Shown here in pieces: positions 19,742-29,505 of a DNA stretch of 64,000 bases. Both the position numbers and the translations under genes were made by a program. Below the pieces are notes generated by a model. That model made no database searches, was not told the origin of the DNA, and saw only the letters and a program-made list of their open reading frames with translations. Source of the stretch: an uncultured delta proteobacterium (GTDB lineage Bacteria > Desulfobacterota > Desulfobacteria > Desulfobacterales > JAHEIW01); NCBI GenBank assembly GCA_963706575.1, contig CAVPNL010000002.1, positions 64,001 to 128,000 on the forward strand. The letters run 5' to 3'. Position 1 is the stretch's first letter. Each line of letters opens with the position of its first letter.

Positions 19742-20098
19742 TCACAAAAGTCCCTTATCTTTTAAGATTGACATGGATCTCTGACCGATGGTGGTGACCT
19801 GGGTTAGCGCCCGGGTAAGGTGATAACCGGCTTCGTGCGTCACACTGGAATTAATCATTACCATGGCGGTGTCAATGTTTTTTTCCACTTCTGTCCAGAG
19901 TTCATTGGGAGCGGATTTTCTGCAAATAAGGATTTCACTGCCGATCATGTCAACAGTGGCCTTTATTATTTTTTCGGCACCCGGCTTGTCTCCATCAGAG
20001 AGGGTTTTGTACATTTCAATCACCTGGGTTGTCCAAATCAACCCCGCTTTTATCTTTTCGCTTTGTGAAAATGTGGTAATGGCGTCCCGAATTTGCAT
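19742..20098 (-). CDS. hypothetical helical protein
   Basis: 118-aa ORF with AAAGGA RBS. Confidence 0.7.
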   Translation of the reverse strand: MQIRDAITTFSQSEKIKAGLIWTTQVIEMYKTLSDGDKPGAEKIIKATVDMIGSEILICRKSAPNELWTEVEKNIDTAMVMINSSVTHEAGYHLTRALTQVTTIGQRSMSILKDKGLL

Positions 20099-20175
20099 AT
20101 AAGAAATTCCTTTCAAATATTCAGCTATGATAATTTAAGCGGGAAAAGTTTTACGTTCCAACAGTGATTCAGCAA

Positions 20176-20315
20176 ATTCGATTGCGGATTTTAGATTGCG
20201 GCCTGCGACGAGCTCAGTCGAGTCGAATGCGGATTGTTTGACAATATGTTCTGATACAGAGAAGTAAAAGCGATACTTCTAAAAATCCGAAATCCGAAAT
20301 CTGCAATCCGAAATC
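20176..20315. repeat. heptamer (AATCCG(A/C)) inverted repeat element
   Basis: TTCGATTGCGGATTTTAGATTGCGG ... AATCCGAAATCCGAAATCTGCAATCCGAAAT; relative at 46131-46230. Confidence 0.7.
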
Positions 20316-20381
20316 TGCCTAACGCCGGCACCTCAGCTGTAAAGCCCATGAGGATCAAAAATAAATTCGGGCCTGAAGACG

Positions 20382-21131
20382 CTACTTACGATTGATCATC
20401 GCTGCCATATAACCGGCACCAAAACCATTATCAATGTTGACGACGGCCACATTGGAACTGCAGCTGTTGAGCATGGCAAACAGGGCCGTCAGACCGCCGA
20501 GGCTGACACCATACCCCACGCTGGTCGGCACTGCAATCACCGGGCGGCTGACCATTCCCGCAACAACGCTGGGCAAGGCACCTTCCATTCCGGCAACAAC
20601 AATAAGCACGGATGCTTTATCAATGCTCTCTTTATGGCTAAACAGGCGATGAATGCCTGATACACCCACATCAAAAATGGTTTCTACCCGGTTCCCCATC
20701 GCTTTAGCTGTCAAATAGGCTTCTTCGGCAACCGGTATGTCCGATGTGCCGGCTGAAATGATACAAATGATCCCACGGCCGATGATTCGGGGTTTTTTAA
20801 GCTGCCACACAAGCATTCTGGCATCCGGGTGATAGACTGCATTCGGAAAGCGCGCTATAACTGCATCGGCTTTATTCTGTTCAAGTCGGGTAACCAGAAT
20901 AATGTTTTCTTGATCCTTCATTTTCTCCATGATGCCGATGACCTGATCGGCATTTTTCCCTTGCCCGAAAATTACTTCCGGAAACCCTTTGCGCAGAGAA
21001 CGGTGATGATCAACATGGGCGTATTCAATATCTTCGTAACCAATGTGACGCAATTTTACGGCAGCATCTTTAACCGGCAGCCGGCCATTTGCCACTGATT
21101 TTAATAGGGCAAGTAATGAATCGTTATCCAT
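20382..21131 (-). CDS. larB: nickel pincer cofactor biosynthesis protein LarB (PurE-like)
   Basis: DHHRSLRKGFPEVIFG, AGTSDIPVAEEA, DVGVSGIHR, AGMEGALPS, VVNIDNGFGAG. Confidence 0.92.
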   Translation of the reverse strand: MDNDSLLALLKSVANGRLPVKDAAVKLRHIGYEDIEYAHVDHHRSLRKGFPEVIFGQGKNADQVIGIMEKMKDQENIILVTRLEQNKADAVIARFPNAVYHPDARMLVWQLKKPRIIGRGIICIISAGTSDIPVAEEAYLTAKAMGNRVETIFDVGVSGIHRLFSHKESIDKASVLIVVAGMEGALPSVVAGMVSRPVIAVPTSVGYGVSLGGLTALFAMLNSCSSNVAVVNIDNGFGAGYMAAMINRK

Positions 21132-21132
21132 T

Positions 21133-22038
21133 CTATTCTTTGATTTCCTGTTCGACGATGTCACCGGATCCTGATGAAACCGATTGACCGCTCGATCTGG
21201 CTGAGTTCATCGGTGCCTGGAGGACTTTTTCGAGGTCTTTTATTTTTCTAAGTATGGATGCCAGCCGTTTGTCGATAGCCGATTTTGTTAGGTCCAGATC
21301 TCTTTGAAAATGCTTCCTGGCTTTGAGCAGTTCCAGCTGCAATGCGTCTTTATCCATCTTCCGGCCGGACAATGAAGACAAATCAGTTTGAATCGCATTC
21401 AGCTCTTTAGAGTGGGTGGCTGCCGACGCTTTTAGCGTTTTTTCGGTACTTGCAGAAAGCTGGGTCAAATTTGCAGAAAGTGTGGCCAGCTGTTGCTTCA
21501 GATCGTTGTTCTGGGTCTGCAGATCAGTTGTCACGGAGTTGATGGTTTTTAACTCCTGACGAAGCGGGTTTAAGGCGATATCGATTTTTGCAATGGCATC
21601 CTGTGCGTCTTTTTTGTCCGCCTTGGTCGCGTTTATTTTAGCGACGGTGTCTTCGGCCTGTTTCAGGTTGTCTTTCATGGACTTATCCACTTTTTCGAGG
21701 TCCGCCAGTTTCTGGGTTAACGCCACCTCCAGATCACCGTATTTTTCCGATAATTTGGTAAAATTTTCTTCCAGCTGGGAGGAAAGATTTTGAATTTCCA
21801 TGGCCCCGGTATCCTGGCTCTGGCTGACCCGGCCGGTGATGTCGCGGTAGGCAATGTAAAAAACAACCCCAATCAGAACCGGAATCAGAATCGATATAAT
21901 GGTTACCCGGTGGCTTAATTTCTCAACCCGTCGATCTTTGGCTTCTTCCTGGTAAATGGTTTGCTCAGAATCCGGCTCTTCATCACCATTTCCATCAAAT
22001 TTAAATGAGGAATACTGTTCGTCGTCAATCATGGTCAC
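21133..22038 (-). CDS. single-TM coiled-coil protein
   Basis: TM near aa 45-65, long heptad-rich C-terminal region. Confidence 0.75.
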   Translation of the reverse strand: MTMIDDEQYSSFKFDGNGDEEPDSEQTIYQEEAKDRRVEKLSHRVTIISILIPVLIGVVFYIAYRDITGRVSQSQDTGAMEIQNLSSQLEENFTKLSEKYGDLEVALTQKLADLEKVDKSMKDNLKQAEDTVAKINATKADKKDAQDAIAKIDIALNPLRQELKTINSVTTDLQTQNNDLKQQLATLSANLTQLSASTEKTLKASAATHSKELNAIQTDLSSLSGRKMDKDALQLELLKARKHFQRDLDLTKSAIDKRLASILRKIKDLEKVLQAPMNSARSSGQSVSSGSGDIVEQEIKE

Positions 22039-22049
22039 TATCCTTTTCT

Positions 22050-22196
22050 TAGAAGTGGTTTCAAAACCTCAGATCAGGTTCAAGGGCAAGGCGTCAGGCC
22101 GATCGGGAAAGCGCAGCATACATGGGTATGTGAGCATTTACCGGAGGCCTGCAACGCAGCCATTGGGCCTTAGATGGGGTTTTGAAACCACTTCTA
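22050..22196. mobile_element. family A hairpin MITE, full length (147 bp)
   Basis: perfect TIR TAGAAGTGGTTTCAAAACC / GGTTTTGAAACCACTTCTA; terminal CTA is the guaA stop. Confidence 0.9.
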
Positions 22197-23723
22197 CTCC
22201 CACTCGATGGTGCTGGGCGGCTTCGAGCTGATGTCATAGACCACCCGGTTGACGCCATCGACTTCATTGATTATCCGATTGGAAATTTTGCCAAGCAAGT
22301 TATGCGGCAATTTTGCCCAATCCGCCGTCATGGCATCTTTGCTGGTTACTGCACGAATGGCGATTATATTTTCATAGGTCCGTTGATCACCCATTACCCC
22401 TACGCTTTTCAGGGGCAACAGAACTGCAAAAGATTGCCATAATTTTTTATAATATCCGGCATTCTTGATCTCTTCAAGTAAAACGTCGTCCACCTCCCGC
22501 AATATTTGCAACCGCTTGCGCCTAATCTCCCCCAAAACTCTGACGGCAAGGCCCGGGCCGGGAAAGGGTTGACGCCAGACCAGATCATCCGGCAGCCCCA
22601 GCTCCTTGCCCAGTAGGCGAACTTCGTCTTTAAACAGGTATCTAAGAGGCTCAATGAGCTTTAATTTCATTTTTTTAGGCAGTCCGCCGACATTATGATG
22701 GGATTTGATGACGGAGGTCGGACCGCCAAAAGCTGATACCGATTCAATCACATCCGGATACAGGGTCCCCTGGGCTAAAAATTCGGCGCCCTTTATCTTT
22801 TTGGCTTCCGCCTCAAAAACCTCCATAAATATGCGGCCGATAATTTTTCTTTTTTTCTCCGGGTCTGTGACTCCTGCCAATGCTTTTAAGAATCTGGCAC
22901 CGGCCTTGACGAATCGAATTTTGATATCCAAGTGCTGATTTAGAGTGATTTTCAGTTTGGCGGTCTCGTTTTTTCTCAAAAGCCCGTTGTCGACAAAAAT
23001 ACAGGTTAGCTGTTTCTGGATGCCTTTGTGCAACAGAATTGCCGTTACGGAAGAATCCACGCCGCCGCTTAATCCAAGGATAACCTTTTTATCACCGACC
23101 GTCTGCCGGATATCTTCGATGGCATCCTTGGCAAAAGATTTCATCGACCAGGAGCGTTTGCAACCGCAAATTTCGAACAGAAAATTTCGTAGAATTTTTT
23201 TTCCCTGGGGCGTATGGGCCACTTCAGGGTGGAATTGAACCCCTATCAATTTCCGGTTGCGGTGTGCCGCCGCCGCCACCGCCGTATTTTCGGTGGAGGC
23301 GGATATTGTGAAACCGGCTGGCAGGCGCTGAATGGAATCACCATGGCTCATCCAGCACTGGATCTTTTTTTGAATGCTCTTAAAAACACCGGTTGGGCGT
23401 AAAACGCTCAATTCAGCAAACCCGTATTCGCGCCTTCCGGCCCGCTTGACGGTTCCGCCCAAAGCAGACAGCATAAATTGCATACCGTAACAGATACCTA
23501 GAACCGGAATGCCTAGTTTAAATACGGCCGGGTCGATTTTGGGACTGCTTTTTTCATAAATGCTCGATGGCCCGCCGGATAAAATAATGCCCTCAGGGTC
23601 CAAACGTCTGATAGCATCGACTTTGATTGTCGGCGGTTCGATCAGGCAGTAGACGTGATTTTCCCGCACCCGGCGGGCAATCAGTTGGTTGTACTGAGAA
23701 CCGAAATCAATGATGAGTATCAT
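22194..23723 (-). CDS. guaA: GMP synthase (glutamine-hydrolysing)
   Basis: [46 protein letters not shown]. Confidence 0.98.
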   Translation of the reverse strand: MILIIDFGSQYNQLIARRVRENHVYCLIEPPTIKVDAIRRLDPEGIILSGGPSSIYEKSSPKIDPAVFKLGIPVLGICYGMQFMLSALGGTVKRAGRREYGFAELSVLRPTGVFKSIQKKIQCWMSHGDSIQRLPAGFTISASTENTAVAAAAHRNRKLIGVQFHPEVAHTPQGKKILRNFLFEICGCKRSWSMKSFAKDAIEDIRQTVGDKKVILGLSGGVDSSVTAILLHKGIQKQLTCIFVDNGLLRKNETAKLKITLNQHLDIKIRFVKAGARFLKALAGVTDPEKKRKIIGRIFMEVFEAEAKKIKGAEFLAQGTLYPDVIESVSAFGGPTSVIKSHHNVGGLPKKMKLKLIEPLRYLFKDEVRLLGKELGLPDDLVWRQPFPGPGLAVRVLGEIRRKRLQILREVDDVLLEEIKNAGYYKKLWQSFAVLLPLKSVGVMGDQRTYENIIAIRAVTSKDAMTADWAKLPHNLLGKISNRIINEVDGVNRVVYDISSKPPSTIEWE

Positions 23724-23739
23724 AGAGAGACCTGAGAAC

Positions 23740-23769
23740 CCGAATTGAGCGATAAACGCTCAATTCGGC
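23740..23769. repeat. TTGAGCG...CGCTCAA palindrome
   Basis: CCGAATTGAGCG-ATAAA-CGCTCAATTCGG; relatives at 7522-7558 and 34354-34380. Confidence 0.6.
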
Positions 23770-23889
23770 GTTAATGGTTATTGGTGAATCGTTATTAGAA
23801 TTCGATGACAAGCTCATATTATAACCATAAAACAAAAATAATGTAATAATAATGAATTTCTACACAAGGAAATCATTGGGGGTATCGGT

Positions 23890-24759
23890 TTGCGAAATCA
23901 GGGTGAATATGTTAGAGACGGCTCTAAATGTCAACATTTAATACCTGAATTGAGGGTTTTCACAACCGGTTTTATCTTGCAGCGAATCATTGTACAAATT
24001 TATGAAGTCCAGACGCCTTTGGAAGCCGAGGCGCTCATTGAACTGGATGTCGATCATATTGGCAGTGTCGTCGTTTCGGAAGAAAATTGGAAGCTTCCGC
24101 AATTAAAAAATACCATTAAAACCATTCGCTCGACCACCGCCAAAAGCAGTTTAATTCCGCTGTATAACCACCCGGAATCCGTTGTGCGCACGCTGGACTA
24201 TTATCAACCGGATATTGTCCACTTTTGCGAGGCATTGTCGGACAGGGTCAATATTTGGGATTTCTGTGACCGATTGATTCACCTGCAGGCGTTCGTTCGA
24301 AAACATTTTCCGGAAATTAAAATCATGCGATCGATTCCGATTGCGCAAACCCGGGAAACCGATAGGATTCCGACACTAGAGCTTGCACAACGCTTTGAGA
24401 CGGCAAGCGATTTCTTTTTGACAGACACGATTCTGATGAATTCTTGCGGCACTGATATTGATCGCCAGCCGGTGCAGGGTTTTGTCGGAATCACCGGGGA
24501 AATCTGCAACTGGCAAACGGCGCAGAGGCTTGTGGAAAACGTGAATATTCCTGTTATTCTGGCCGGCGGCATTTCTCCACATAATGTCACGGATGGTATC
24601 CGGCAGGTAAGGCCGGCGGGGGTGGACAGCTGCACCCGCACCAATGTACTTGATAAAACCGGTAAACCGATTCGGTTCAAGAAGGATCTTTTCAAAGTTA
24701 AACAGCTGGTTCAGCGGGTTCGTGCGGCTGAAAAATCACTGTCGCAAGCCAAACGGTAA
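23890..24759 (+). CDS. phosphoribosylanthranilate isomerase-like TIM barrel (TrpF family); start uncertain, possibly TTG 23977
   Basis: FFLTDT, GITG...NW, PVILAGGISPHNV, RPAGVDSCT, KKD. Confidence 0.75.
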   Translation: MRNQGEYVRDGSKCQHLIPELRVFTTGFILQRIIVQIYEVQTPLEAEALIELDVDHIGSVVVSEENWKLPQLKNTIKTIRSTTAKSSLIPLYNHPESVVRTLDYYQPDIVHFCEALSDRVNIWDFCDRLIHLQAFVRKHFPEIKIMRSIPIAQTRETDRIPTLELAQRFETASDFFLTDTILMNSCGTDIDRQPVQGFVGITGEICNWQTAQRLVENVNIPVILAGGISPHNVTDGIRQVRPAGVDSCTRTNVLDKTGKPIRFKKDLFKVKQLVQRVRAAEKSLSQAKR

Positions 24760-24893
24760 CAGCGTTTGATTTGAAAACATGACAAAATGGAAAGTGACGC
24801 CTATTTTAAAACCTAACCCCGGTTTTTTATTTTGTTACCGGTTAATTCTGGTGATTGTGTTCGGTTGCCAGTAACAAAGGAGGAAGATGCAAT

Positions 24894-25457
24894 ATGCTTG
24901 AAAGCAGTGATTTAAGAAAAGGGCTGAAATTCGAACTGGATGGAGAACCTCATGTGATTGTCCAGTTTGATTTTGTAAAGCCCGGCAAGGGTCAGGCGCT
25001 TTACAAGTGCAAACTGAAAAACATGCTGACCGGCGCCCAATTTGATAGAACTTTTCGATCCAGTGAAAAATTCAAAGAGGCTGATCTGGAAGAAGTTGAA
25101 ATGGAATATTTGTATTCAGACGGCCAGCGTTTCTGTTTTATGAATACCAGCACCTACGATCAAGTGTTCGTCACCGAAGAGCAAGTTACAGATTCAATAG
25201 ATTTTTTAAAAGAGAATACGATCTGCAGTGTCTTGCTGTATGAAGGCAGCCCCATCGGGATCTCTCTTCCATTTTTTATCGATTTAAAAGTTGAAAAAAC
25301 AGATCCCTGGGTAAAAGGCGATACCGCATCCGGAGATTCCAAACCGGCAACCCTTGAAACCGGATATGTTCTAAATGTCCCGCCGTTTATTGAGGAAGGT
25401 GAGCTGATTCGAATTGATACCCGCACCGGTCAATATGTCGAGCGTGTCAAAACCTAA
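24894..25457 (+). CDS. efp: elongation factor P
   Basis: VKPGKG, KGDTA, VPPFIEEGE, IDTRTGQYVER; AGGAGG RBS. Confidence 0.97.
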   Translation: MLESSDLRKGLKFELDGEPHVIVQFDFVKPGKGQALYKCKLKNMLTGAQFDRTFRSSEKFKEADLEEVEMEYLYSDGQRFCFMNTSTYDQVFVTEEQVTDSIDFLKENTICSVLLYEGSPIGISLPFFIDLKVEKTDPWVKGDTASGDSKPATLETGYVLNVPPFIEEGELIRIDTRTGQYVERVKT

Positions 25458-28373
25458 ATGCAATTCCCAATAGGTCACTTTTTAGACGCTTTTTTCGCTT
25501 CCGAACGCCTGCGGTCTCAGGTGGTGTTTCAAAAAACGTTGCCGGCTACAGGGGCCATATGGGCCGATCCCCGGGAACCGTGGCCGGATTCGATGCGGGT
25601 CGTTCTGGAATCAGCTGGAATTAAAAAATTATACCGGCATCAGGCGACCGCGATTGATTTCATTCGCAACGGCCGGCATGTCATCGTGGCCACACCCACT
25701 GCCAGCGGCAAAACGCTGGTCTATGATCTGCCGGTGCTGGAGTATTTTCTATCCGACCCCGATGCAACCGCGTTGTATATTTTTCCGCTGAAAGCTCTGG
25801 CCCAGGATCAGCTGCAAACATTTGAAACCCTGTCGTCGTACCTGAAACCTTCCGGGCCAACGGCTGCCATCTATGACGGTGATACGTCTGCCTACCGCCG
25901 CAAACGCATCCGGCAAGCCCCGCCCAACGTGGTCATCACCAATCCGGAGATGCTTCATCTGTCTTTGCTGGCCCACCATCGCAAATGGGCCCCCTTTCTG
26001 TCCAGACTGCATATGGTGGTTGTTGATGAAGTCCACACCTATCGCGGGGTAATGGGATCTCATGTGGCCCAGATCTTCAGGCGGTTTGACCGCATCTGCC
26101 ACCGGTACGGGGCATCGCCGACTTTTATTTTCAGCTCGGCCACGGTGGCCAATCCCGCACAGCTGGCCCATCAACTTACCGGTCTGAGGGTAGAAACAAT
26201 CGGTGACAGTGGGGCGCCCCGGGGCCAGCGCCATCTTGTATTCTTAAACCCGGTGCTGGGGCCGGCTCGCGCCAGCATCCATCTGCTGAAGGCCGCTCTG
26301 AAAAATGGATTGAGAACCATCGTCTATACTCAATCCCGCAAACTGACCGAGCTGATCGCCATGTGGGCCGGCAGCGAATCCGGTACATTTGCCGATCGAA
26401 TCAGTGCTTATCGAGCCGGGCTGCTGCCACAGGAGCGCCGGGACATCGAGGCACGCCTTGCCAGCGGTGATTTGCTGGCGGTTATTACCACCAGTGCCCT
26501 GGAACTGGGCATCGATATCGGGGATCTGGATCTTTGCCTGCTGGTGGGCTATCCCGGTTCGGTCATTTCAACCTGGCAGCGGGGCGGACGGGTCGGCCGC
26601 AGCGGCCAGGATTCCGCCCTGGTCCTGATTGCCGGAGAAGACGCCCTCGACCAGTATTTTATGCGAAATCCGCAGGATTTTATAAACCGCAAGCCGGAAT
26701 CTGCCGTCGTCAATCCGTTTAACAAACAAATTATGGCCCAGCATCTGGTGTGTGCGGCTGCTGAACTGACGCTCAGAACTGAGGAGAAGCTTCTCACTGA
26801 AGAAAACGCACCCGAGGTGCTGGCCAAACTGGAAACAGAAGGTCATTTGTTAAAAAGCGCCGACGGCAAAGAAATATACGCGCGTCGCAAAGCACCCCAT
26901 CGGGATATCGATATTCGGGGTGGCGGAAATCGGTTTCAGATTGTCGAGGCGCAAACTGACAAGCCCATCGGCGAAATTGATGATTATCGGGCGTTTCGTG
27001 AAACCCATCCCGGTGCCGTTTACCTCCACAAAGGAAACACTTTTGTGGTTGATCACCTCGATATCCCCCGGCGAACCATAACCGTTACCAGGTCCCGCGT
27101 GGATTATTATACCCGCATCAGGGGGCATAAGCTGACTGAGATACTGAAGATTAATAATCATATATTTGTTTTAGGAACAAAGGTTTATGAAGGAACAATT
27201 AAAGTCACAGATCAAGTCACTGAATTTGAAATGTGGCGCAGTCAGACTCACACGCTGATCAATCGAATTCCGCTGGATCTGCCGCCGCAGATTTTTGAAA
27301 CCCACGGCATGTGGTTTCAGATTCCGCAATCGATCCAGCGTGAATGCGAATCCCGATCCTTTGATCTGATGGGCGCCCTGCATGCCATTGAACATGCAGC
27401 CATCGGCATTTTTCCGTTACTGGTAATGGCGGACCACAATGATGTGGGGGGGCTGTCCACCAATTATCACCCCCAGGTGGGCAGCGCGGTAATTTTTATT
27501 TATGACGGCATTCCCGGTGGAGCCGGTTTGACGCGCCAGGCGTTTGCAAACACGCAGCAACTGCTGCGCTATACCCTGAAGACCATCCGGGATTGTCCCT
27601 GTGAAGACGGTTGCCCCTCCTGTGTTCAATCACCGCAGTGCGGTTCCGGCAATCGGCCCATGGACAAAAATGCAGCCATCTTTATTCTCGATCGCCTGGA
27701 TGCCCATGCAAAATCCAAAGATATCGCCGGAATCAATGGCCATTCGCGCGGGAAAAAAGAGCGAATGCCGCAACCGCCGGATGAACCTCAAAGTATTCAG
27801 CCGAAAGCGCCCGTGAGCCGCGGGCCAAACCTGTCTCAAAAGATGCATTTTGGTGTCTTTGACCTTGAAACCCAGCGGTCGGCCGCGGAAGTCGGCGGCT
27901 GGCAGCGCGCCGACCGTATGGGCGTCAGTTGCGGCGTGATTTATGACGCTCAAAAAGACGTTTTCAATGAATATAGCGAAAATCAAATTTCGCGCCTGAT
28001 CGAAGATCTTAAGGAATTTGAGCTTGTCGTCGGTTTCAATATTAAACGCTTTGATTTCCTGGTGCTGAAAGGATATTCGGATTTTGATTTTACCACACTG
28101 AATACCCTGGATATTCTTGAAGACATACACCGTCATCTAGGATTCAGATTATCACTGGCGCATGTGACTCAAGAAACACTGGGAACCACAAAGACTGGAG
28201 ATGGGTTGCAGGCGCTACAATGGTGGCAGGAAGGGCGACTTCGCGAAATTATCGATTACTGTAAAATGGATGTGAAGCTGACGCGGGACCTTTATCTATT
28301 CGGCCGGCAAAACGGACATATCATTTTCAGAAATCGGGATCAGAAGCGGGTCCGCATCCCCGTTAATTGGTAA
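25458..28373 (+). CDS. DEAD/DEAH helicase with DUF1998 (MrfA/SftH/Hrq1-like) fused to C-terminal DnaQ/YprB-like exonuclease
   Basis: TPTASGKT, PLKALAQDQ, DEVH, SAT, ALELGID, QRGGRVGR, CPCEDGCPSC; C-terminal FDLET, GFNIKRFD, YCKMDV. Confidence 0.9.
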   Translation: MQFPIGHFLDAFFASERLRSQVVFQKTLPATGAIWADPREPWPDSMRVVLESAGIKKLYRHQATAIDFIRNGRHVIVATPTASGKTLVYDLPVLEYFLSDPDATALYIFPLKALAQDQLQTFETLSSYLKPSGPTAAIYDGDTSAYRRKRIRQAPPNVVITNPEMLHLSLLAHHRKWAPFLSRLHMVVVDEVHTYRGVMGSHVAQIFRRFDRICHRYGASPTFIFSSATVANPAQLAHQLTGLRVETIGDSGAPRGQRHLVFLNPVLGPARASIHLLKAALKNGLRTIVYTQSRKLTELIAMWAGSESGTFADRISAYRAGLLPQERRDIEARLASGDLLAVITTSALELGIDIGDLDLCLLVGYPGSVISTWQRGGRVGRSGQDSALVLIAGEDALDQYFMRNPQDFINRKPESAVVNPFNKQIMAQHLVCAAAELTLRTEEKLLTEENAPEVLAKLETEGHLLKSADGKEIYARRKAPHRDIDIRGGGNRFQIVEAQTDKPIGEIDDYRAFRETHPGAVYLHKGNTFVVDHLDIPRRTITVTRSRVDYYTRIRGHKLTEILKINNHIFVLGTKVYEGTIKVTDQVTEFEMWRSQTHTLINRIPLDLPPQIFETHGMWFQIPQSIQRECESRSFDLMGALHAIEHAAIGIFPLLVMADHNDVGGLSTNYHPQVGSAVIFIYDGIPGGAGLTRQAFANTQQLLRYTLKTIRDCPCEDGCPSCVQSPQCGSGNRPMDKNAAIFILDRLDAHAKSKDIAGINGHSRGKKERMPQPPDEPQSIQPKAPVSRGPNLSQKMHFGVFDLETQRSAAEVGGWQRADRMGVSCGVIYDAQKDVFNEYSENQISRLIEDLKEFELVVGFNIKRFDFLVLKGYSDFDFTTLNTLDILEDIHRHLGFRLSLAHVTQETLGTTKTGDGLQALQWWQEGRLREIIDYCKMDVKLTRDLYLFGRQNGHIIFRNRDQKRVRIPVNW

Positions 28374-28389
28374 ACCGGTCGACCCCTAA

Positions 28390-28658
28390 ATGGTTTCAGA
28401 TGTCAGGTCTCAAAATATATGGGACTGCGGACTGAGTGCTGAGGACTGAGGCATATCGAAATAGAAAGGTGGAAAAATCGTCCCTCCAGCCCATGCCTGA
28501 AAACGACAAGTCATGTTGAAATGGTAGAGCGCCAGGAATTTTTTCGCTCAGTCCTCAGTCCTCAGCACTCATTACTTGTCGATTTAGCCTGAAACCTGAC
28601 ACCCGGTAGGCCCTCCGGGCCAAAGACTGACACCTGCAACCCGACACCTGAAACCTGA
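28390..28658. repeat. nested heptamer inverted repeats (CCTGA(A/C)A outer, CTCAG(T/C) inner)
   Basis: outer GGTTTCAGATGTCAGG / CCTGAAACCTGACACC; inner CTGAGTGCTGAGGACTGAG / CTCAGTCCTCAGTCCTCAGCACTCA. Confidence 0.75.
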
Positions 28659-28659
28659 G

Positions 28660-29505
28660 CTAGGTGATGTGATCAATTAACTGGCCAAGATCTGTCAGAA
28701 TCAGATCCGCAGACAAATTTAAGCACCGTGCGTCATCCGTCCTCAAGCGCAGTGAACGCGCATCACCGGCAAACAGTGCGGTTTGAAACCCAAGTTGGTG
28801 CGCAGGGTAGATATCGTTGAGCATATCATTACCGACGAAAAGGGCAGCGGCTGTATCAAAACCCTTTGCTTCGATTGCAGATGCAGCCATTTTAAAAAGT
28901 ATCTCTGATGGTTTGGCACAACCCAATCGATACGATAGAAAAATAAGCTCGGAATCAAAACCCAGGTTTTCCATGCGGGCATCCAAAAACCATTCAAATA
29001 GCAGGGGTGTGAAAAATTGAGCATTGGAAATGATGCCCATTGCCAGGCTTTGTTGCCTGCATGCCGCCAGCAAATTTTCAAGATTGGGCATCGGGTATAC
29101 CGGGTTGACAATCAATTCATATTCGATGGCAAACCTGCGAACCAGCTGAGTATCGTCAAGACCAAGAATTTGCTGCCAGATTTCATCGATCTTGATTTCG
29201 GGATAATCGATCCCATTGTCTTTTAACCGGCGGTGTTTTAATTCAATAACATCGTGTAATTCCGCGACGAGAGCCTGCGGGGATTTGGCGATATCATATT
29301 TATGCACGAGCTGCTCAAGTTTCTGGCTCGGCGATGATGTTTTGCGGGCAAGACTGATATCACCGGAACCGCTGATAAATAAAGTGCCGTAAATGTCAAA
29401 AAGGACACATTGAATCTTTCCGTCAAGACCGCCGCCGGGCGTTATTGAAGTTGACAACGGCGACATCGCCGCCAGATAATCGGCAAACCATTCATCGTGC
29501 GCCAT
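28660..29505 (-). CDS. HAD family hydrolase/phosphatase
   Basis: FDIYGTL, IISNA, AKPS, VGNDMLNDI motifs. Confidence 0.88.
   Translation of the reverse strand: MAHDEWFADYLAAMSPLSTSITPGGGLDGKIQCVLFDIYGTLFISGSGDISLARKTSSPSQKLEQLVHKYDIAKSPQALVAELHDVIELKHRRLKDNGIDYPEIKIDEIWQQILGLDDTQLVRRFAIEYELIVNPVYPMPNLENLLAACRQQSLAMGIISNAQFFTPLLFEWFLDARMENLGFDSELIFLSYRLGCAKPSEILFKMAASAIEAKGFDTAAALFVGNDMLNDIYPAHQLGFQTALFAGDARSLRLRTDDARCLNLSADLILTDLGQLIDHIT

Noticed and set aside
20382..21131. Complete lactate racemase (lar) cluster
   Set aside because: Only larB is present; dispersed larB/C/E genes are common in anaerobes
25458..28373. DISARM/Druantia defence system
   Set aside because: No methylase, DrmA/DrmD or Dru partners; housekeeping context next to efp
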